DNA from: Gammaproteobacteria bacterium
GTDB taxonomy: Bacteria > Pseudomonadota > Gammaproteobacteria > Ga0077536
Direction of reading: 5' to 3'
DNA: 64,000 nt
Assembly: GCA_963662545.2 (NCBI GenBank)
Contig: CAXXLL010000003.1
Span: 1,888,001-1,952,000, forward strand
How positions within the stretch are numbered: the first letter of the stretch is position 1; each line of letters opens with the position of its first letter. A program made the position numbers and the translations under genes. Under the pieces are notes generated by a model, which saw only the letters and a program-made list of their open reading frames with translations, made no database searches and was not told the DNA's origin. Shown here piece after piece: positions 9,815 to 20,605 of this stretch.

Positions 9815-10886
9815 GTTGTGCCATCAGATCGGCCTGGTACTCTACGACCAGGGGGTCAATGACGTGGTCGAGTTGTCCTTGCAGGATCTCATCAAGTTTG
9901 TACACGGTCAGGTTGATGCGGTGATCCGTCACCCGCCCCTGGGGGAAATTGTAGGTGCGAATCCGCTCAGAACGGTCGCCGCTCCCGATGAGATCGCGCC
10001 GAGTTTTCGCCTGTTCCTGGATCTGTTGGTCGCGTTCTGCCTTCAGCAGTTTCGCTTTGAGGAGGCTCATCGCCCGGGCACGATTCTTGTGCTGCGATCG
10101 TTCGTCCTGGCATTCGACGACGACCCCGGTTAGCAGGTGAGTGATCCGGATCGCGGAGTCGGTTTTGTTGACGTGCTGGCCACCGGCCCCCGAGGCGCGA
10201 AACGTGTCGATGCGCAGATCGCTTGGGTTGATTTCGATCTCGCTGACTTCGTCGACTTCCGGCATGACCGCGACGGTGCAAGCCGAAGTATGGATGCGAC
10301 CCTGTGATTCGGTTTCGGGAACACGCTGTACGCGGTGGGCGCCCGATTCGAATTTAAGCCTTGCATAGGCGCCCTTTCCCGACACCTTGGCGATGATCTC
10401 CTTGTGGCCGCCGATCTCAGCATCACGGGAACTCATGATTTCGATCGACCAGCCACGTGCTTCGGCATAGCGGAGGTACATGCGCATCAGTGTTCCGGCG
10501 AACAAGGCGGCTTCGTCGCCGCCCGTCCCGGCCCGTATTTCGAGAAAGATATTCGCCTCGTCATCGGGATCTTTAGGTATCAGGAGTTTCTGCAGCTCGA
10601 AATCGAGAGCATTGAGCTCGTTTCGCAGCGCCGTTACTTCCTCGCTGGCAAGGGCTCGAAGCTCCGGATCGTCTTCGGCCATCAATTCCTCGGCGCTTTC
10701 GATGGCTTTCTCGGTTTCCTGATAGCGCCAGAAGCAGTCCACTAGCGGGCGGATCTCCGCGTATTCTTTCGTCAGCGTGCGAAATCGGTTCTGGTCCGCT
10801 ATGACGTCCGGCGCGGCGAGCATGGCGTCCAGTTCGCGGCGCCGTTCAACGAGGTTTTCCAGCTTGCCGAGCAGCGAGGCTTTCAC
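9801..10886 (-). CDS. prfA: Peptide chain release factor 1
   Basis: GGQ motif, PET anticodon-mimic motif, hemA-prfA-prmC synteny. Confidence 0.97.
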   Translation of the reverse strand: MKASLLGKLENLVERRRELDAMLAAPDVIADQNRFRTLTKEYAEIRPLVDCFWRYQETEKAIESAEELMAEDDPELRALASEEVTALRNELNALDFELQKLLIPKDPDDEANIFLEIRAGTGGDEAALFAGTLMRMYLRYAEARGWSIEIMSSRDAEIGGHKEIIAKVSGKGAYARLKFESGAHRVQRVPETESQGRIHTSACTVAVMPEVDEVSEIEINPSDLRIDTFRASGAGGQHVNKTDSAIRITHLLTGVVVECQDERSQHKNRARAMSLLKAKLLKAERDQQIQEQAKTRRDLIGSGDRSERIRTYNFPQGRVTDHRINLTVYKLDEILQGQLDHVIDPLVVEYQADLMAQLAET

Positions 10887-12133
10887 GACTTGCCCAGGTC
10901 GAGCAGTTCCCGTGCAACGCGAAGAAAATCCTCGCGATTGCCGGCGCGGCGCAGACTCATCGTCGACCGGTGCAGTAGCTTGTTGGTCAAGCTGTGCGCC
11001 AGCATCTGCGCGACTTCTCCGGGATCATCCCCAAGCGCAATTCGCTTAAGGGCTTTATCAAGGACTTCATTCCTGATCGATTCGGCGCGTGCGCGAAACG
11101 CGGCGATCGTGGCACTGCCGCTTTGGGCTTCCAACCAGTCCATGTAATCCTCAACCTGGATGTGCACCATCTCCTCGGCCTGTGCTGCTGCTTCCTTGCG
11201 GAGGTTCAGATTTGCGCCGACGACACCTTCCATATCATCGACCGTGTAAAGGTAAACGCCATCGAGATCACCTACGGAAGATTCGACATCACGCGGAACG
11301 GCGAGGTCGACGATGAACATGGGATCGAAACCGCGCTTTGCCATGGCCACGTCCACGATGCCTCGCGTTATGATCGGAAGACGGCTGGCGGTCGAGGAGA
11401 CCACGATATCGACGTCGGTGATGCGCATTGGAAGTTGATTCAAATCGATGACTTCGCCACCGTAACGCGCCGCGAGCGCTGCTGAATTTTCCCGCGTCCG
11501 GTTAGCAATGACGAGGTGCCCGATATTGGCGCTCGCCAAATGGTTGGCGACCAGGGTGATGGTGTCGCCGGCTCCGATCAGCAGGGCCGAGCGCTGTGCC
11601 AGAGCGCCGTGGATCTGCTGCGCCAGTTTGACCGCGGCATACGCGACCGACACCGGTGTGTTGCCGATATCGGTTTCCGCGCGAACCATCTTGGCGGTGG
11701 AGAAGGAGAACTGCAGAAGACGGTTGAGTAGCCTGCCGACGGTTCCGGCGTCGACGGCGAGACGGTAAGCTTCCTTTAGTTGCCCGAGGATCTGCGGCTC
11801 TCCCAGCACCAGAGAATCGAGTCCGCAGGCCACTCGCAACACGTGACGCACGGCATGTTCGTCATTCAGCCGATAAAGGTGCGGTTCGATCTCGCTCGGC
11901 CCGAGATTCCGGTAATCCGAGAGCCAGGTCACGGGCTCGGTCGCCCCCTTCATATCCAGGTCGCAATAAATTTCGGTACGATTACAGGTTGACAAAATCA
12001 TCGATTCGGCGATCCCATTCTGGGCATTGAGGGCGCCCAGCGCCGAGCGCAGTTGTTCGCTGTCGAAAGCGACTTTTTCACGCACTGCGACCGGCGCGGT
12101 CTTGTGACTGAGTCCTAGAATGAATAAGGCCAT
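10883..12133 (-). CDS. hemA: Glutamyl-tRNA reductase
   Basis: [29 protein letters not shown]. Confidence 0.97.
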   Translation of the reverse strand: MALFILGLSHKTAPVAVREKVAFDSEQLRSALGALNAQNGIAESMILSTCNRTEIYCDLDMKGATEPVTWLSDYRNLGPSEIEPHLYRLNDEHAVRHVLRVACGLDSLVLGEPQILGQLKEAYRLAVDAGTVGRLLNRLLQFSFSTAKMVRAETDIGNTPVSVAYAAVKLAQQIHGALAQRSALLIGAGDTITLVANHLASANIGHLVIANRTRENSAALAARYGGEVIDLNQLPMRITDVDIVVSSTASRLPIITRGIVDVAMAKRGFDPMFIVDLAVPRDVESSVGDLDGVYLYTVDDMEGVVGANLNLRKEAAAQAEEMVHIQVEDYMDWLEAQSGSATIAAFRARAESIRNEVLDKALKRIALGDDPGEVAQMLAHSLTNKLLHRSTMSLRRAGNREDFLRVARELLDLGKS

Positions 12134-12332
12134 TGCGATACTGGATTCAAGGATCCGGCACTATGGCCCGACACGGGGTGTGGACGCGGAGGGACGGATG
12201 TCGACGGAATTGAACAAAATGTAAGGTCATGCCAACTGGGTTATAGTTTAAACCACACGGACGGCGACACTCGATGACATCGTCGATTCCGGGCCTGCGG
12301 ATGTTCGTGACGAGAGAATACGGCTCTTAGCC

Positions 12333-14084
12333 TTGAACCTGCGACGAATGATCGAGAAAGTACATGCTGGCAGCGCGACGCTGGCCGTTATCGCGTTGAT
12401 CCTCGCGGGCTGCGCAACGCCGCCGCGTCCGATCGTAGGTGCCATACCCGTACCGCCACCGCCGCCCGCCGTATCCCAAACGGCCCCCGAACCGGATTTC
12501 GAATTCGCCGACGATCCCTTTTATCGTCTGCTGATCGCGGAATTCGCGGGGCAGCGCGGACACATGGATGTCGCAATCGAGCATTACCTGGCGCTGGCCG
12601 AATCCTTGCGCGACGCGGCGCTTGCTGAAAGGGCTACCCGGATCGCGGTATTCGCCCGCGACAATGATGCGGCTTTAAGCGCGGCCAAGCTCTGGGTCGA
12701 ACTCGATCCCGAGGACATGGAAGCACGCCAGATAGTCGCCGCGATGTTCATCCGGCACGGCGATGCCGCTGCGGCCCTACATCACCTGGAATACGTGCTG
12801 TCCAAGGAGAGCGACCATCCCGGTAATCGCCTGCGCATGATCGCGAATCTGATCGGGCCGGAGGAAGACCGAGCGACTGCACTCGATGTCATGGAGCAGT
12901 TGATGGAAAAGGTCGGCGACGACACCGACGCGCTCCTCACCTACGCGCTGCTCGCCATCAGGGCCGAGCAGCTGGACCGTGCACGTGACGCGATGAACCG
13001 GATCGTCGAGCGCACCGAATTGAGCTCAAACGTCGCGATGGCCTACCTGGCCGTGCTGCAAAAACAAGACAAGTTAGCGGAGGCGGTTGGCTGGCTGGAA
13101 CACGTCTTGAGCATTAATCCAAAGCAGTTCGGCCTGCGACTCATCTTCGCGCGCCTGCTCGCGGATGCAAACCGCTACGAGGAGGCGCGCGTTCAGTTCA
13201 TTCTGTTGTCGGAGGAATCACCGGACAATACCGACATCATTTTGGCCCTCGGGCTTTTGAACCTGCAAGCGTCGCGCGCCGACGATGCGACGGCGAATTT
13301 CGCGCAATTGTTGGAATTGGAAACTCGCGAGGACGAGGCACATTTCTACCTCGCGCAGATTGCCGAATCCCGTGATCGGCACGAAGAGGCCATCGAACAC
13401 TACCGGGCGGTTGAAAATGGTGCCAATTTCTTCACTGCGCAGCTGCGCTTGGCGTTGGTCATGTCGTCGACCGGGGCGATCGACGAGGCGCTCGAATATC
13501 TGAGCAACGTCATCGTCGAAAATGATGAGCAGGGATTTCATCTGGTGCGGGCACATGGCGAAATGCTGACGGAATACGACCGCTTGGACGAGGCCATGGA
13601 GGTCTACGACGCGGCGCTGGACGACGGCGCTTACAACACGGAACTGGTGTATACGCGCGCGATGCTGGCCGAGAAAATGGGGCGGATCGATGTGCTCGAA
13701 AGCAATCTTAGAAGGATCATCGCAGAAGAACCGGATAACGCCCAGGCGCTCAATGCCCTGGGTTATACGCTCGCCGATCGCACCGAGCGTTACGATGAAG
13801 CGCTCGAACTGATCACCCAGGCACTCGAACTCGACCCCGAGGATTTCTACATCCTCGACAGCATGGGATGGGTTCTTTACCGTCTCGGTCACCTCGAGGA
13901 AGCGGTTGAGTTTCTCGAGAAAGCGCGGGACCTACGCAGTGATCCAGAGGTAGCAGCCCATCTCGGCGAGGTGCTCTGGGTGATGGGCGATCGCGATGGG
14001 GCGCGCGACGTCTGGGATAGCGCGCTCAGGGATACCCCGAACGACAAAAAACTGTTGGACGTGATCGAACGCCTGACGCCGTGA
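12333..14084 (+). CDS. TPR-repeat lipoprotein
   Basis: Lipobox LAGC, TPR repeats, ALNALGYTLAD; conserved position between hemA and lolB. Confidence 0.88.
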   Translation: MNLRRMIEKVHAGSATLAVIALILAGCATPPRPIVGAIPVPPPPPAVSQTAPEPDFEFADDPFYRLLIAEFAGQRGHMDVAIEHYLALAESLRDAALAERATRIAVFARDNDAALSAAKLWVELDPEDMEARQIVAAMFIRHGDAAAALHHLEYVLSKESDHPGNRLRMIANLIGPEEDRATALDVMEQLMEKVGDDTDALLTYALLAIRAEQLDRARDAMNRIVERTELSSNVAMAYLAVLQKQDKLAEAVGWLEHVLSINPKQFGLRLIFARLLADANRYEEARVQFILLSEESPDNTDIILALGLLNLQASRADDATANFAQLLELETREDEAHFYLAQIAESRDRHEEAIEHYRAVENGANFFTAQLRLALVMSSTGAIDEALEYLSNVIVENDEQGFHLVRAHGEMLTEYDRLDEAMEVYDAALDDGAYNTELVYTRAMLAEKMGRIDVLESNLRRIIAEEPDNAQALNALGYTLADRTERYDEALELITQALELDPEDFYILDSMGWVLYRLGHLEEAVEFLEKARDLRSDPEVAAHLGEVLWVMGDRDGARDVWDSALRDTPNDKKLLDVIERLTP

Positions 14085-14686
14085 GACGGATTCTCGCTGT
14101 CGGCTTGATGGCGTCACTGGGGGCTTGCGCGAATCTTGTCCCACGGCCGATCGATCCCGTTCGAATGCCGGCTCCTATCTCCCCGCAGCAGCACGCCGAG
14201 GAGGTGGGCGCTTTTGATAAATGGCGCGTCGCAGGACGCATTGCGGTGCAACGCGCAGACCTTGGTTTTTCGGCCGACATCGATTGGCGGCAATCCGGTC
14301 GCGATTTCGATTTGCGAGTCATGACGCCACTGAATGGCGGAACCTTTCGGCTGAACGGCGGAGCGCGTAAGGTCGAATTAATCACGCCTAAAGGCGAGTC
14401 TTTCAGTGGCGTTCGGCCCGAGGATCTGATGCAGGATCACCTCGGTTGGTCTATTCCGCTGGACGGCACGCGCTACTGGATCCGCGGCATTCCCGACCCG
14501 ACGGCGGCAAGCTCCCAAGAGATCATCGACGAGCAGGGCCGATGGACTGATTTCGAGCAGGATCGCTGGCGTGTCAGCATTCTCGATTATGTGGCAGTCG
14601 ACGGCATCGATCTGCCGCGACGCTTGTACTTGACTCGCGACGACTTCAAGATCCGGATCGTCGTCAAACAATGGGAGCGCCGTTGA
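14081..14686 (+). CDS. lolB: Outer-membrane lipoprotein insertase LolB
   Basis: Lipobox LGAC, GWSIP..YWIRG, LPRRL; upstream of ispE. Confidence 0.9.
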   Translation: MRRILAVGLMASLGACANLVPRPIDPVRMPAPISPQQHAEEVGAFDKWRVAGRIAVQRADLGFSADIDWRQSGRDFDLRVMTPLNGGTFRLNGGARKVELITPKGESFSGVRPEDLMQDHLGWSIPLDGTRYWIRGIPDPTAASSQEIIDEQGRWTDFEQDRWRVSILDYVAVDGIDLPRRLYLTRDDFKIRIVVKQWERR

Positions 14687-14689
14687 GCC

Positions 14690-15541
14690 ATGACTGGCGT
14701 GATCTGGCCAGCGCCCGCCAAGGTCAACCTGTTTTTGCACGTCACTGGTCGGCGCGCCGACGGTTACCATCTGCTGCAAACTCTATTTCAATTCCTGGAG
14801 ATCGGCGACGAGATCGAAATCGAGGTACGCACCGACGGCGCAGTCAAGCTCGGTACTGATGTAGACGGCGTAGCGGCCCATGACAACCTCGTCGTGAAAG
14901 CGGCGAAGCGGCTGAAACAGGAGTGCGGCACGAGCCTCGGCGCTGATATTTCGGTCCGCAAGCATCTGCCGATGGGCGGCGGGCTCGGCGGCGGCAGCTC
15001 CGATGCGGCGACGGTGCTGGTCGCGCTGAACGAACTCTGGTCGCTTGGAATCACGACCGCGAGGCTTGCTAAAATCGGCCTTACGCTCGGCGCGGACGTG
15101 CCGGTCTTCATCCATGGCCGGGCCGCCTGGGCGGAGGGCATCGGCGAAGTCCTGGAACCCGTGGAGATCGAACAGACGCCGATCGTCGTGATCACCCCGG
15201 CATGCCAAGTCGAGACGGCGCGGGTCTTCAGCGATCCTGATTTGACACGGAATACGGCGCCAATCAAAATGCACGCCCTTTCGCTATCGGGTGCGGGGAA
15301 TGACTGCGAGCCGGTGACACGCCGCCTCTACCCCGAGGTCGGCGAAGCACTCGACTGGCTGTCGCGGTTTGCGCCCGCAAGAATGAGCGGCACGGGCGCG
15401 AGCGTATTTGCGTTATTCGACGACGTTGACGAGGCTACGCGGGTTGCACGACGGGTGCCCGAATCCTGGACCTGCTTCGCCACGAAGCGCATCAACCGTT
15501 CGCCCCTGCTGGATCTCGTCACCGCGAGGCCCACCGCTTGA
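14690..15541 (+). CDS. ispE: 4-diphosphocytidyl-2C-methyl-D-erythritol kinase
   Basis: PAPAKVNLFL, GGGLGGGSSDAA, GADVP. Confidence 0.96.
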   Translation: MTGVIWPAPAKVNLFLHVTGRRADGYHLLQTLFQFLEIGDEIEIEVRTDGAVKLGTDVDGVAAHDNLVVKAAKRLKQECGTSLGADISVRKHLPMGGGLGGGSSDAATVLVALNELWSLGITTARLAKIGLTLGADVPVFIHGRAAWAEGIGEVLEPVEIEQTPIVVITPACQVETARVFSDPDLTRNTAPIKMHALSLSGAGNDCEPVTRRLYPEVGEALDWLSRFAPARMSGTGASVFALFDDVDEATRVARRVPESWTCFATKRINRSPLLDLVTARPTA

Positions 15542-15633
15542 GGTGCGTGCGTGGGTGAATGAATCAGGCCGGTCTCGGCGCTGGATGCAGGGGTCGCGAG
15601 GATCCACCGCGCAGGTCGGAATTACGGGGATAT

Positions 15634-15708
15634 TGGGGTGTAGCCAAGTGGTAAGGCACGGGGTTTTGATCCCCGCATTCCCAGGTTCGAATCCTGGCAC
15701 CCCAGCCA
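15634..15708 (+). tRNA. tRNA-Gln(TTG)
   Basis: TGGGGTGTAGCCAAGTGGTAAGGCA; anticodon arm CGGGG-TTTTGAT-CCCCG; T-loop GGTTCGAATCC; encoded CCA; ispE-tRNA-prs synteny. Confidence 0.97.
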
Positions 15709-15797
15709 TTGACGCGTAGCGGCGACGCGCGGTCCAATCCGGTCGACGCGACGCCCTCGCAAAAAACGCGGCCCTCAGAGCAGGAGCTTTTCGAGCA

Positions 15798-16751
15798 ATG
15801 ATTGAAGAATCGATGATGCTGTTTAGCGGTAATGCCAACCGCCCGTTGGCGCGGGCCGTGGCGCATCATCTTCAAGTGCCGCTCAGTAAAGCGATCGTCG
15901 GCCATTTTAGTGACGGGGAAATAAACGTCGAAATCGCAGAGAACGTGCGCGGACAGGATACCGTCGTGATCCAACCGACCTGCGCGCCGGCCAACGACCA
16001 CTTCATGGAGCTGCTCGTTCTCATCGACGCGCTTCGGCGAGCCTCAGCGCAAAGCATCACGGCCGTCGTGCCGTATCTCGGTTACGCACGCCAGGACCGT
16101 CGCCCGCGATCGGCTCGCGTACCGATCACCGCCAAGGTGATTGCAAACACCTTGACGAGCGTCGGGACGACCCGGGTATTAACCGTCGATTTACACTCGG
16201 AGCAAATCCAGGGATTCTTCGATATTCCGATGGACAACGTCTATGCCTCGCCGGTACTGCTCGGCGATATCTGGAAGCACGAATATGAGAATCTCGTGGT
16301 CGTGTCACCGGATGTCGGCGGCGTCGTACGGGCGCGTGCCATCGCGCGCCGGCTCGATGACGCGGATCTGGTCATCATCGATAAACGGCGTGCCCGGGCA
16401 AATGAATCCGAGGTCATGAACATTATCGGCGACGTGGCTGACCGCACCTGCGTCCTGATCGACGACATGGTTGATACGGCCGGAACACTTTGCCAGGCGG
16501 CACAGGCGCTGAAAGATGGCGGCGCCACGGCGGTGGTCGCCTACTGTACACACCCGATTCTGTCAGGCAAGGCGTTGGACAATCTGAACGCCTCGACGCT
16601 CGATGAACTGGTGGTCACTGATACGGTGCCGCTTTCCGAAGAAGCGGCGCGATGTGAGAAGATAAGGCAGCTGTCGGTCGCAGAACTGCTCGGCGAAAGC
16701 ATCAATCGCATCATTTCAGGACAATCCCTGAGTTCGATGTTCGTAGATTGA
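15798..16751 (+). CDS. prs: Ribose-phosphate pyrophosphokinase
   Basis: [29 protein letters not shown]. Confidence 0.97.
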   Translation: MIEESMMLFSGNANRPLARAVAHHLQVPLSKAIVGHFSDGEINVEIAENVRGQDTVVIQPTCAPANDHFMELLVLIDALRRASAQSITAVVPYLGYARQDRRPRSARVPITAKVIANTLTSVGTTRVLTVDLHSEQIQGFFDIPMDNVYASPVLLGDIWKHEYENLVVVSPDVGGVVRARAIARRLDDADLVIIDKRRARANESEVMNIIGDVADRTCVLIDDMVDTAGTLCQAAQALKDGGATAVVAYCTHPILSGKALDNLNASTLDELVVTDTVPLSEEAARCEKIRQLSVAELLGESINRIISGQSLSSMFVD

Positions 16752-16831
16752 CGAAATTTGAAGAGATTAAGGCCGGGCGCAAAAATATCCGTACGTGCCC
16801 CGCGAAGTCTGGTCGCGGACTCGCCGGGGCC

Positions 16832-16996
16832 TAGCAGCCTGTCGGACTTAGGGAATTGACTTGGGCGTTGGGATAGCGGTCTGAGAGGTGTCATGGTTTT
16901 CGTTGAATAGCCCCACTATTCGCCTCAAACCATGACACCTCTCAGACCGCTATCCCAGCCGCCTCGCTACGATTCCCTAAGTCCGACAGGCTGCTA
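16832..16996. repeat. 165-bp long palindrome (MITE-like) in the prs-rplY intergenic region
   Basis: TAGCAGCCTGTCGGACTTAGGGAAT...ATTCCCTAAGTCCGACAGGCTGCTA outer arms; inner arms TGGGATAGCGGTCTGAGAGGTGTCATGGTTT and its exact reverse complement. Confidence 0.85.
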
Positions 16997-17021
16997 AATC
17001 GAAACACAGGAGATCCGCACG

Positions 17022-17732
17022 ATGAACAATTTCGAAATCGTAGCCGAGACTCGTGACGTAAAAGGCAAGGGTGCGAGCCGCCGCCTTCGTCGCGACGGCA
17101 AAGTTCCCGCCATTCTTTACGGCGCCGGCAGTGAGCCGGTGGCCATTCAGATCGCGCACCAAGAGATGCTGCAGCAAACAAAAAACGAAGCATTCTACTC
17201 GACTATTCTCACCTTGAAGCTGAACGGTACGGCGGAGAAAGTGGTGATCAAAGATCTGCAGCGCCACGCCTATAAAGCAACGATCATGCACATGGATTTC
17301 CAGCGTGTGGACGAGGCCGCGGTTATCACGATGCGCGTGCCAATCCATTTCACCAATGAAGAGCACTGTGTCGGGGTGAGAACAGGTGGCGGCATTATTT
17401 CGCATGTGCTGACCGAATTGGAAATCACCTGTTTGCCGAAGGATCTGCCTGAATACATCGAGGTTGACGTCCAGGCCCTTGAATTGGGCGATGCGATACA
17501 CGTGAGCGACCTCGTGATGCCGGAAGGGGCCGCGATTACGGCCCTGCAGCACGGCGGCGACGGCAGCGGTCCGGTGGTGTCGGTGCAGATGCCGAAGCTG
17601 GTGATTGAGGATCTGGAAGAGGAAGCCGCAGAAGCAGAGGATCTGGAGGGCGTCGAGTTGGCCGAGGGCGAAGAAGCCCCGGCAGAAGACAGTGACGAGG
17701 CCGCACCGGACAAGACGAAGGAAGACCGATAA
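17022..17732 (+). CDS. rplY: 50S ribosomal protein L25/Ctc
   Basis: GKGASRRLRRDGKVPAILYG, HMDFQR, acidic tail. Confidence 0.96.
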   Translation: MNNFEIVAETRDVKGKGASRRLRRDGKVPAILYGAGSEPVAIQIAHQEMLQQTKNEAFYSTILTLKLNGTAEKVVIKDLQRHAYKATIMHMDFQRVDEAAVITMRVPIHFTNEEHCVGVRTGGGIISHVLTELEITCLPKDLPEYIEVDVQALELGDAIHVSDLVMPEGAAITALQHGGDGSGPVVSVQMPKLVIEDLEEEAAEAEDLEGVELAEGEEAPAEDSDEAAPDKTKEDR

Positions 17733-17753
17733 GACGCCGCTCTGCGCTTCGTT

Positions 17754-17805
17754 GGGGTCAGGTCTTTCATTGCCGCATACTTGCGGCAATGAAAGACCTG
17801 ACCCC
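17754..17805. repeat. REP-like perfect hairpin between rplY and pth
   Basis: GGGGTCAGGTCTTTCATTGCCGCA-TACT-TGCGGCAATGAAAGACCTGACCCC. Confidence 0.8.
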
Positions 17806-17813
17806 TTAAAACA

Positions 17814-18404
17814 ATGACCGGAACACAAGCGGTTCAGCTCGTCGCGGGCCTTGGCAATCCCGGCGGTGAGCATGCCGGCGACCGTCACAATGCCGGATTC
17901 TGGTTGTTGGATTTGCTGGCGGAACGGTGGCGCGTCGAGTTGCGCCAGGAATCGCGGTTCACCGCGGAGCTCGGGCGGGCGATGGCGGGCCCGCGACTGC
18001 TCAAACCCCAGACTTACATGAACCTGAGCGGTGAAAGCGTGGCCGCCTGCGCCAGCTATTTCCGCATTCCGGCCGCGTCTATTCTGGTGGTACACGACGA
18101 GCTCGATCTGGATCCCGGCGCCGTACGCCTCAAACGCGGCGGCCACCACGGTGGTCACAACGGATTGCGCCATGTCGAAGCACTTCTAGGCACGAGTGAT
18201 TTTCTGAGGGTTCGCCTCGGCATCGGTCACCCGGGCACGAACGCAGACGTGAGTAATTATGTATTGCATGCGCCGACAGCCGCGGAGCGAACCGCAATAC
18301 GCGATGGGATCGAACTCGTTGTCGAGCGGTTCGAGGACATCATCAGCGGGAAGTTCGATCACGTCATGACGACTCTTAACCGGCGGCGTGACACGCCTCT
18401 TTAG
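17814..18404 (+). CDS. pth: Peptidyl-tRNA hydrolase
   Basis: GLGNPG, RHNAGF, KPQTYMNLSG, HDELD, GGHNGL. Confidence 0.96.
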   Translation: MTGTQAVQLVAGLGNPGGEHAGDRHNAGFWLLDLLAERWRVELRQESRFTAELGRAMAGPRLLKPQTYMNLSGESVAACASYFRIPAASILVVHDELDLDPGAVRLKRGGHHGGHNGLRHVEALLGTSDFLRVRLGIGHPGTNADVSNYVLHAPTAAERTAIRDGIELVVERFEDIISGKFDHVMTTLNRRRDTPL

Positions 18405-18420
18405 CTATGGACGAAAAGTG

Positions 18421-19512
18421 ATGGGATTCAAGTGCGGCATCGTCGGGCTGCCCAATGTCGGCAAATCATCCCTGTTCAATGCGCTGACCAGCTCCGCTAT
18501 CGCGGCGGAAAATTATGCTTTCTGCACGATCGAACCCAACGTCGGCGTCGTCGCCGTGCCCGATCCTCGACTCCAGTGCATCGCCGACATCGCCTTGCCC
18601 CAACGGGTGGTCCCCTCGACGATGGAATTTGTTGATATTGCGGGCCTCGTCGAAGGCGCATCCTTGGGCGAAGGGCTCGGTAACAGGTTTCTGGCGCACA
18701 TCCGGGAGACCCAGGCTCTTGCGCACGTGGTCCGTTGTTTCGACGACGATAAGGTCGCCCACGTATCCGGCCGCATCGATCCGATTGGCGATATAGAGGT
18801 GGTCGAAATGGAGCTGGCGCTCGCCGATCTCGAAACGGTCACACGTGGCCTGGAAAATGCGGAGAAACAGGCGAAATCCGGGGATAAGAACGCGTGTGAA
18901 CGGGTCGAGTGCTTGACCGAGTTGCTGAGCGGGCTCGATGCAGGCGTCGCGGTAAGAGCGATGCCGCTAAAGGACGCCACGCGCTCGCTGCTGCGCCAGT
19001 TCAGCTTGTTGACGGCCAGGCCCGTCCTGTTCGTGGCGAACGTCGACGAATCGAACATCGGCGGCAATGCGCTGTCCGCAACGGTCGAAGAATACGCCGC
19101 TGAACACGGGGCCGAAACAGTCATTCTGAACGCCGCGGTCGAAGCCGAAATCGCGGCGCTTGACCCGGATGAGCGCGCGGAATTTCTGATCGAACTCGGG
19201 CTCGAGGAACCGGGACTCAATCGTATTATCCGTGCCGGCTACCGCCTACTCGGTTTGCAAAGTTTTTTCACTGCTACCGACAAGGAATGCCGTGCGTGGA
19301 CCGTCCGCACCGGCGCGCGAGCGCCCGCCGCGGCCGCGGTCATCCATACGGATTTCGAACGCGGCTTCATCCGCGCGGAAGTGATCGGCTACGAGGACTT
19401 TGTCACCCTCGGCGGCGAGGCCGGCGCACGCGATGCCGGCCGACTGCGTGTCGAAGGTAGGGATTACGTCGTCGAAGATGGCGACGTCATTTATTTTCGG
19501 TTTAACGTATAA
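18421..19512 (+). CDS. ychF: Redox-regulated ATPase YchF
   Basis: GIVGLPNVGKS, DIAGLV, IHTDFERGFIRAE, FRFNV. Confidence 0.96.
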   Translation: MGFKCGIVGLPNVGKSSLFNALTSSAIAAENYAFCTIEPNVGVVAVPDPRLQCIADIALPQRVVPSTMEFVDIAGLVEGASLGEGLGNRFLAHIRETQALAHVVRCFDDDKVAHVSGRIDPIGDIEVVEMELALADLETVTRGLENAEKQAKSGDKNACERVECLTELLSGLDAGVAVRAMPLKDATRSLLRQFSLLTARPVLFVANVDESNIGGNALSATVEEYAAEHGAETVILNAAVEAEIAALDPDERAEFLIELGLEEPGLNRIIRAGYRLLGLQSFFTATDKECRAWTVRTGARAPAAAAVIHTDFERGFIRAEVIGYEDFVTLGGEAGARDAGRLRVEGRDYVVEDGDVIYFRFNV

Positions 19513-19596
19513 AAGGGGCCGGAATCAATTATTTTAGTGCGCTGCTTGACAGACCACCAAAATAATTGACTCCGACCCCTTTTTTCAAGAATTAGG

Positions 19597-19785
19597 GGTG
19601 TTCTCCACCATGCCGCGGGTAACCGTAATCTTGAACCAAGGGTTCAAGAGTGGAACGTCTCGAGGCGAATCAGGCTTTCCACTGTAGTGCGGACCTGCGC
19701 AACATCGCCGGCTGATCGGTTCCATTGGTTTTCTAAATAGGCTCAAAGATTTTAGGGTCAACCCACGCACAAGCCAGAGAACACC
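19597..19785 (-). ncRNA. ssrS: 6S RNA
   Basis: Closing stem GGTGTTCTC/GAGAACACC, TTGAACCCTTGGTTCAAG motif, about 190 nt, directly downstream of zapA. Confidence 0.88.
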
Positions 19786-19875
19786 AAGTCTATATCGCTT
19801 AAATAGTAAATTTCTTTAGGGAACCTCGCTTTTAGCCCGGGTTTCAGGGTCCAGCCCGAGGAATCCTGACCCCGG

Positions 19876-20202
19876 TCAGACGTTTCTCAGCTCGAACGAC
19901 GTACTTCCACGGGTCAAGGCCTCGGCGATCTTGCCCTGTATACGCGCGATCCCTTCACCGATATCCGTCGCCATGGACTCGTTGTTCCGGCGGAACTCGA
20001 GGTACTCGTTCGCGATGTTCAACGCCGCCATCACGGCGATCCGTTCGCTGCCAATCACATTTCCGTTATCGCGCTGTTCGGCCATTTTGTCGTTCAGATA
20101 CTGCACCGATGCAAATAGCGCTTCACGCTCATCTTCCTTGCAGCCGACCACGTACTCCTTGTCAAAAATCGTTACCGTGATCGGTTTTACCTCGCCGCTC
20201 AT
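19876..20202 (-). CDS. zapA: Cell division protein ZapA
   Basis: VTIFDKEY..C, ERIAVMAALNIA. Confidence 0.92.
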   Translation of the reverse strand: MSGEVKPITVTIFDKEYVVGCKEDEREALFASVQYLNDKMAEQRDNGNVIGSERIAVMAALNIANEYLEFRRNNESMATDIGEGIARIQGKIAEALTRGSTSFELRNV

Positions 20203-20423
20203 TATCGAGTCTCCATCGCTTTCAAGCGCGCGATCATGGCTTCAATCCGGCTGCGGGCCTGTTCGGTCTTCTCGATCAAAGAGGCGCGCTCCGAAGTCAG
20301 GGTGGCCTGCTGATTGCGCAAAGCCTCGTTTTCAGTCGCCAGGCCTTCCACCGTCTTGATCAAATCGTCGACGCGGGTTTCCAGCGCGGCCAGTTCGAGG
20401 CGATCCTGAGGGTCTGATGTCAT
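20202..20423 (-). CDS. TIGR02449-family coiled-coil protein (ZapB-like)
   Basis: ERASLIEKTEQARSRIEAMIARLKAME; upstream of zapA. Confidence 0.85.
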   Translation of the reverse strand: MTSDPQDRLELAALETRVDDLIKTVEGLATENEALRNQQATLTSERASLIEKTEQARSRIEAMIARLKAMETR

Positions 20424-20605
20424 GACGCGATAACGCACTCATCGGCGGAAGAATGTCTGCTTCGGCCAATATAGAGCGGCAAGCATCGGACGGTCAACAG
20501 GAATGAATTCTAATTCCGGCGTAATCGACGCAGATTGCTTTAGCGAAGTACGCCAGCGTGGGATAATTCACACTATGTGCGACCGTTGTCGTTTAGCATA
20601 GTTCT

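Noticed and set aside
16977-18173. 398-aa minus-strand ORF and similar long antisense ORFs (664-1242, 13218-13892, 18513-19220, 20881-21702)
   Set aside because: Shadow frames of well-supported genes in GC-rich DNA
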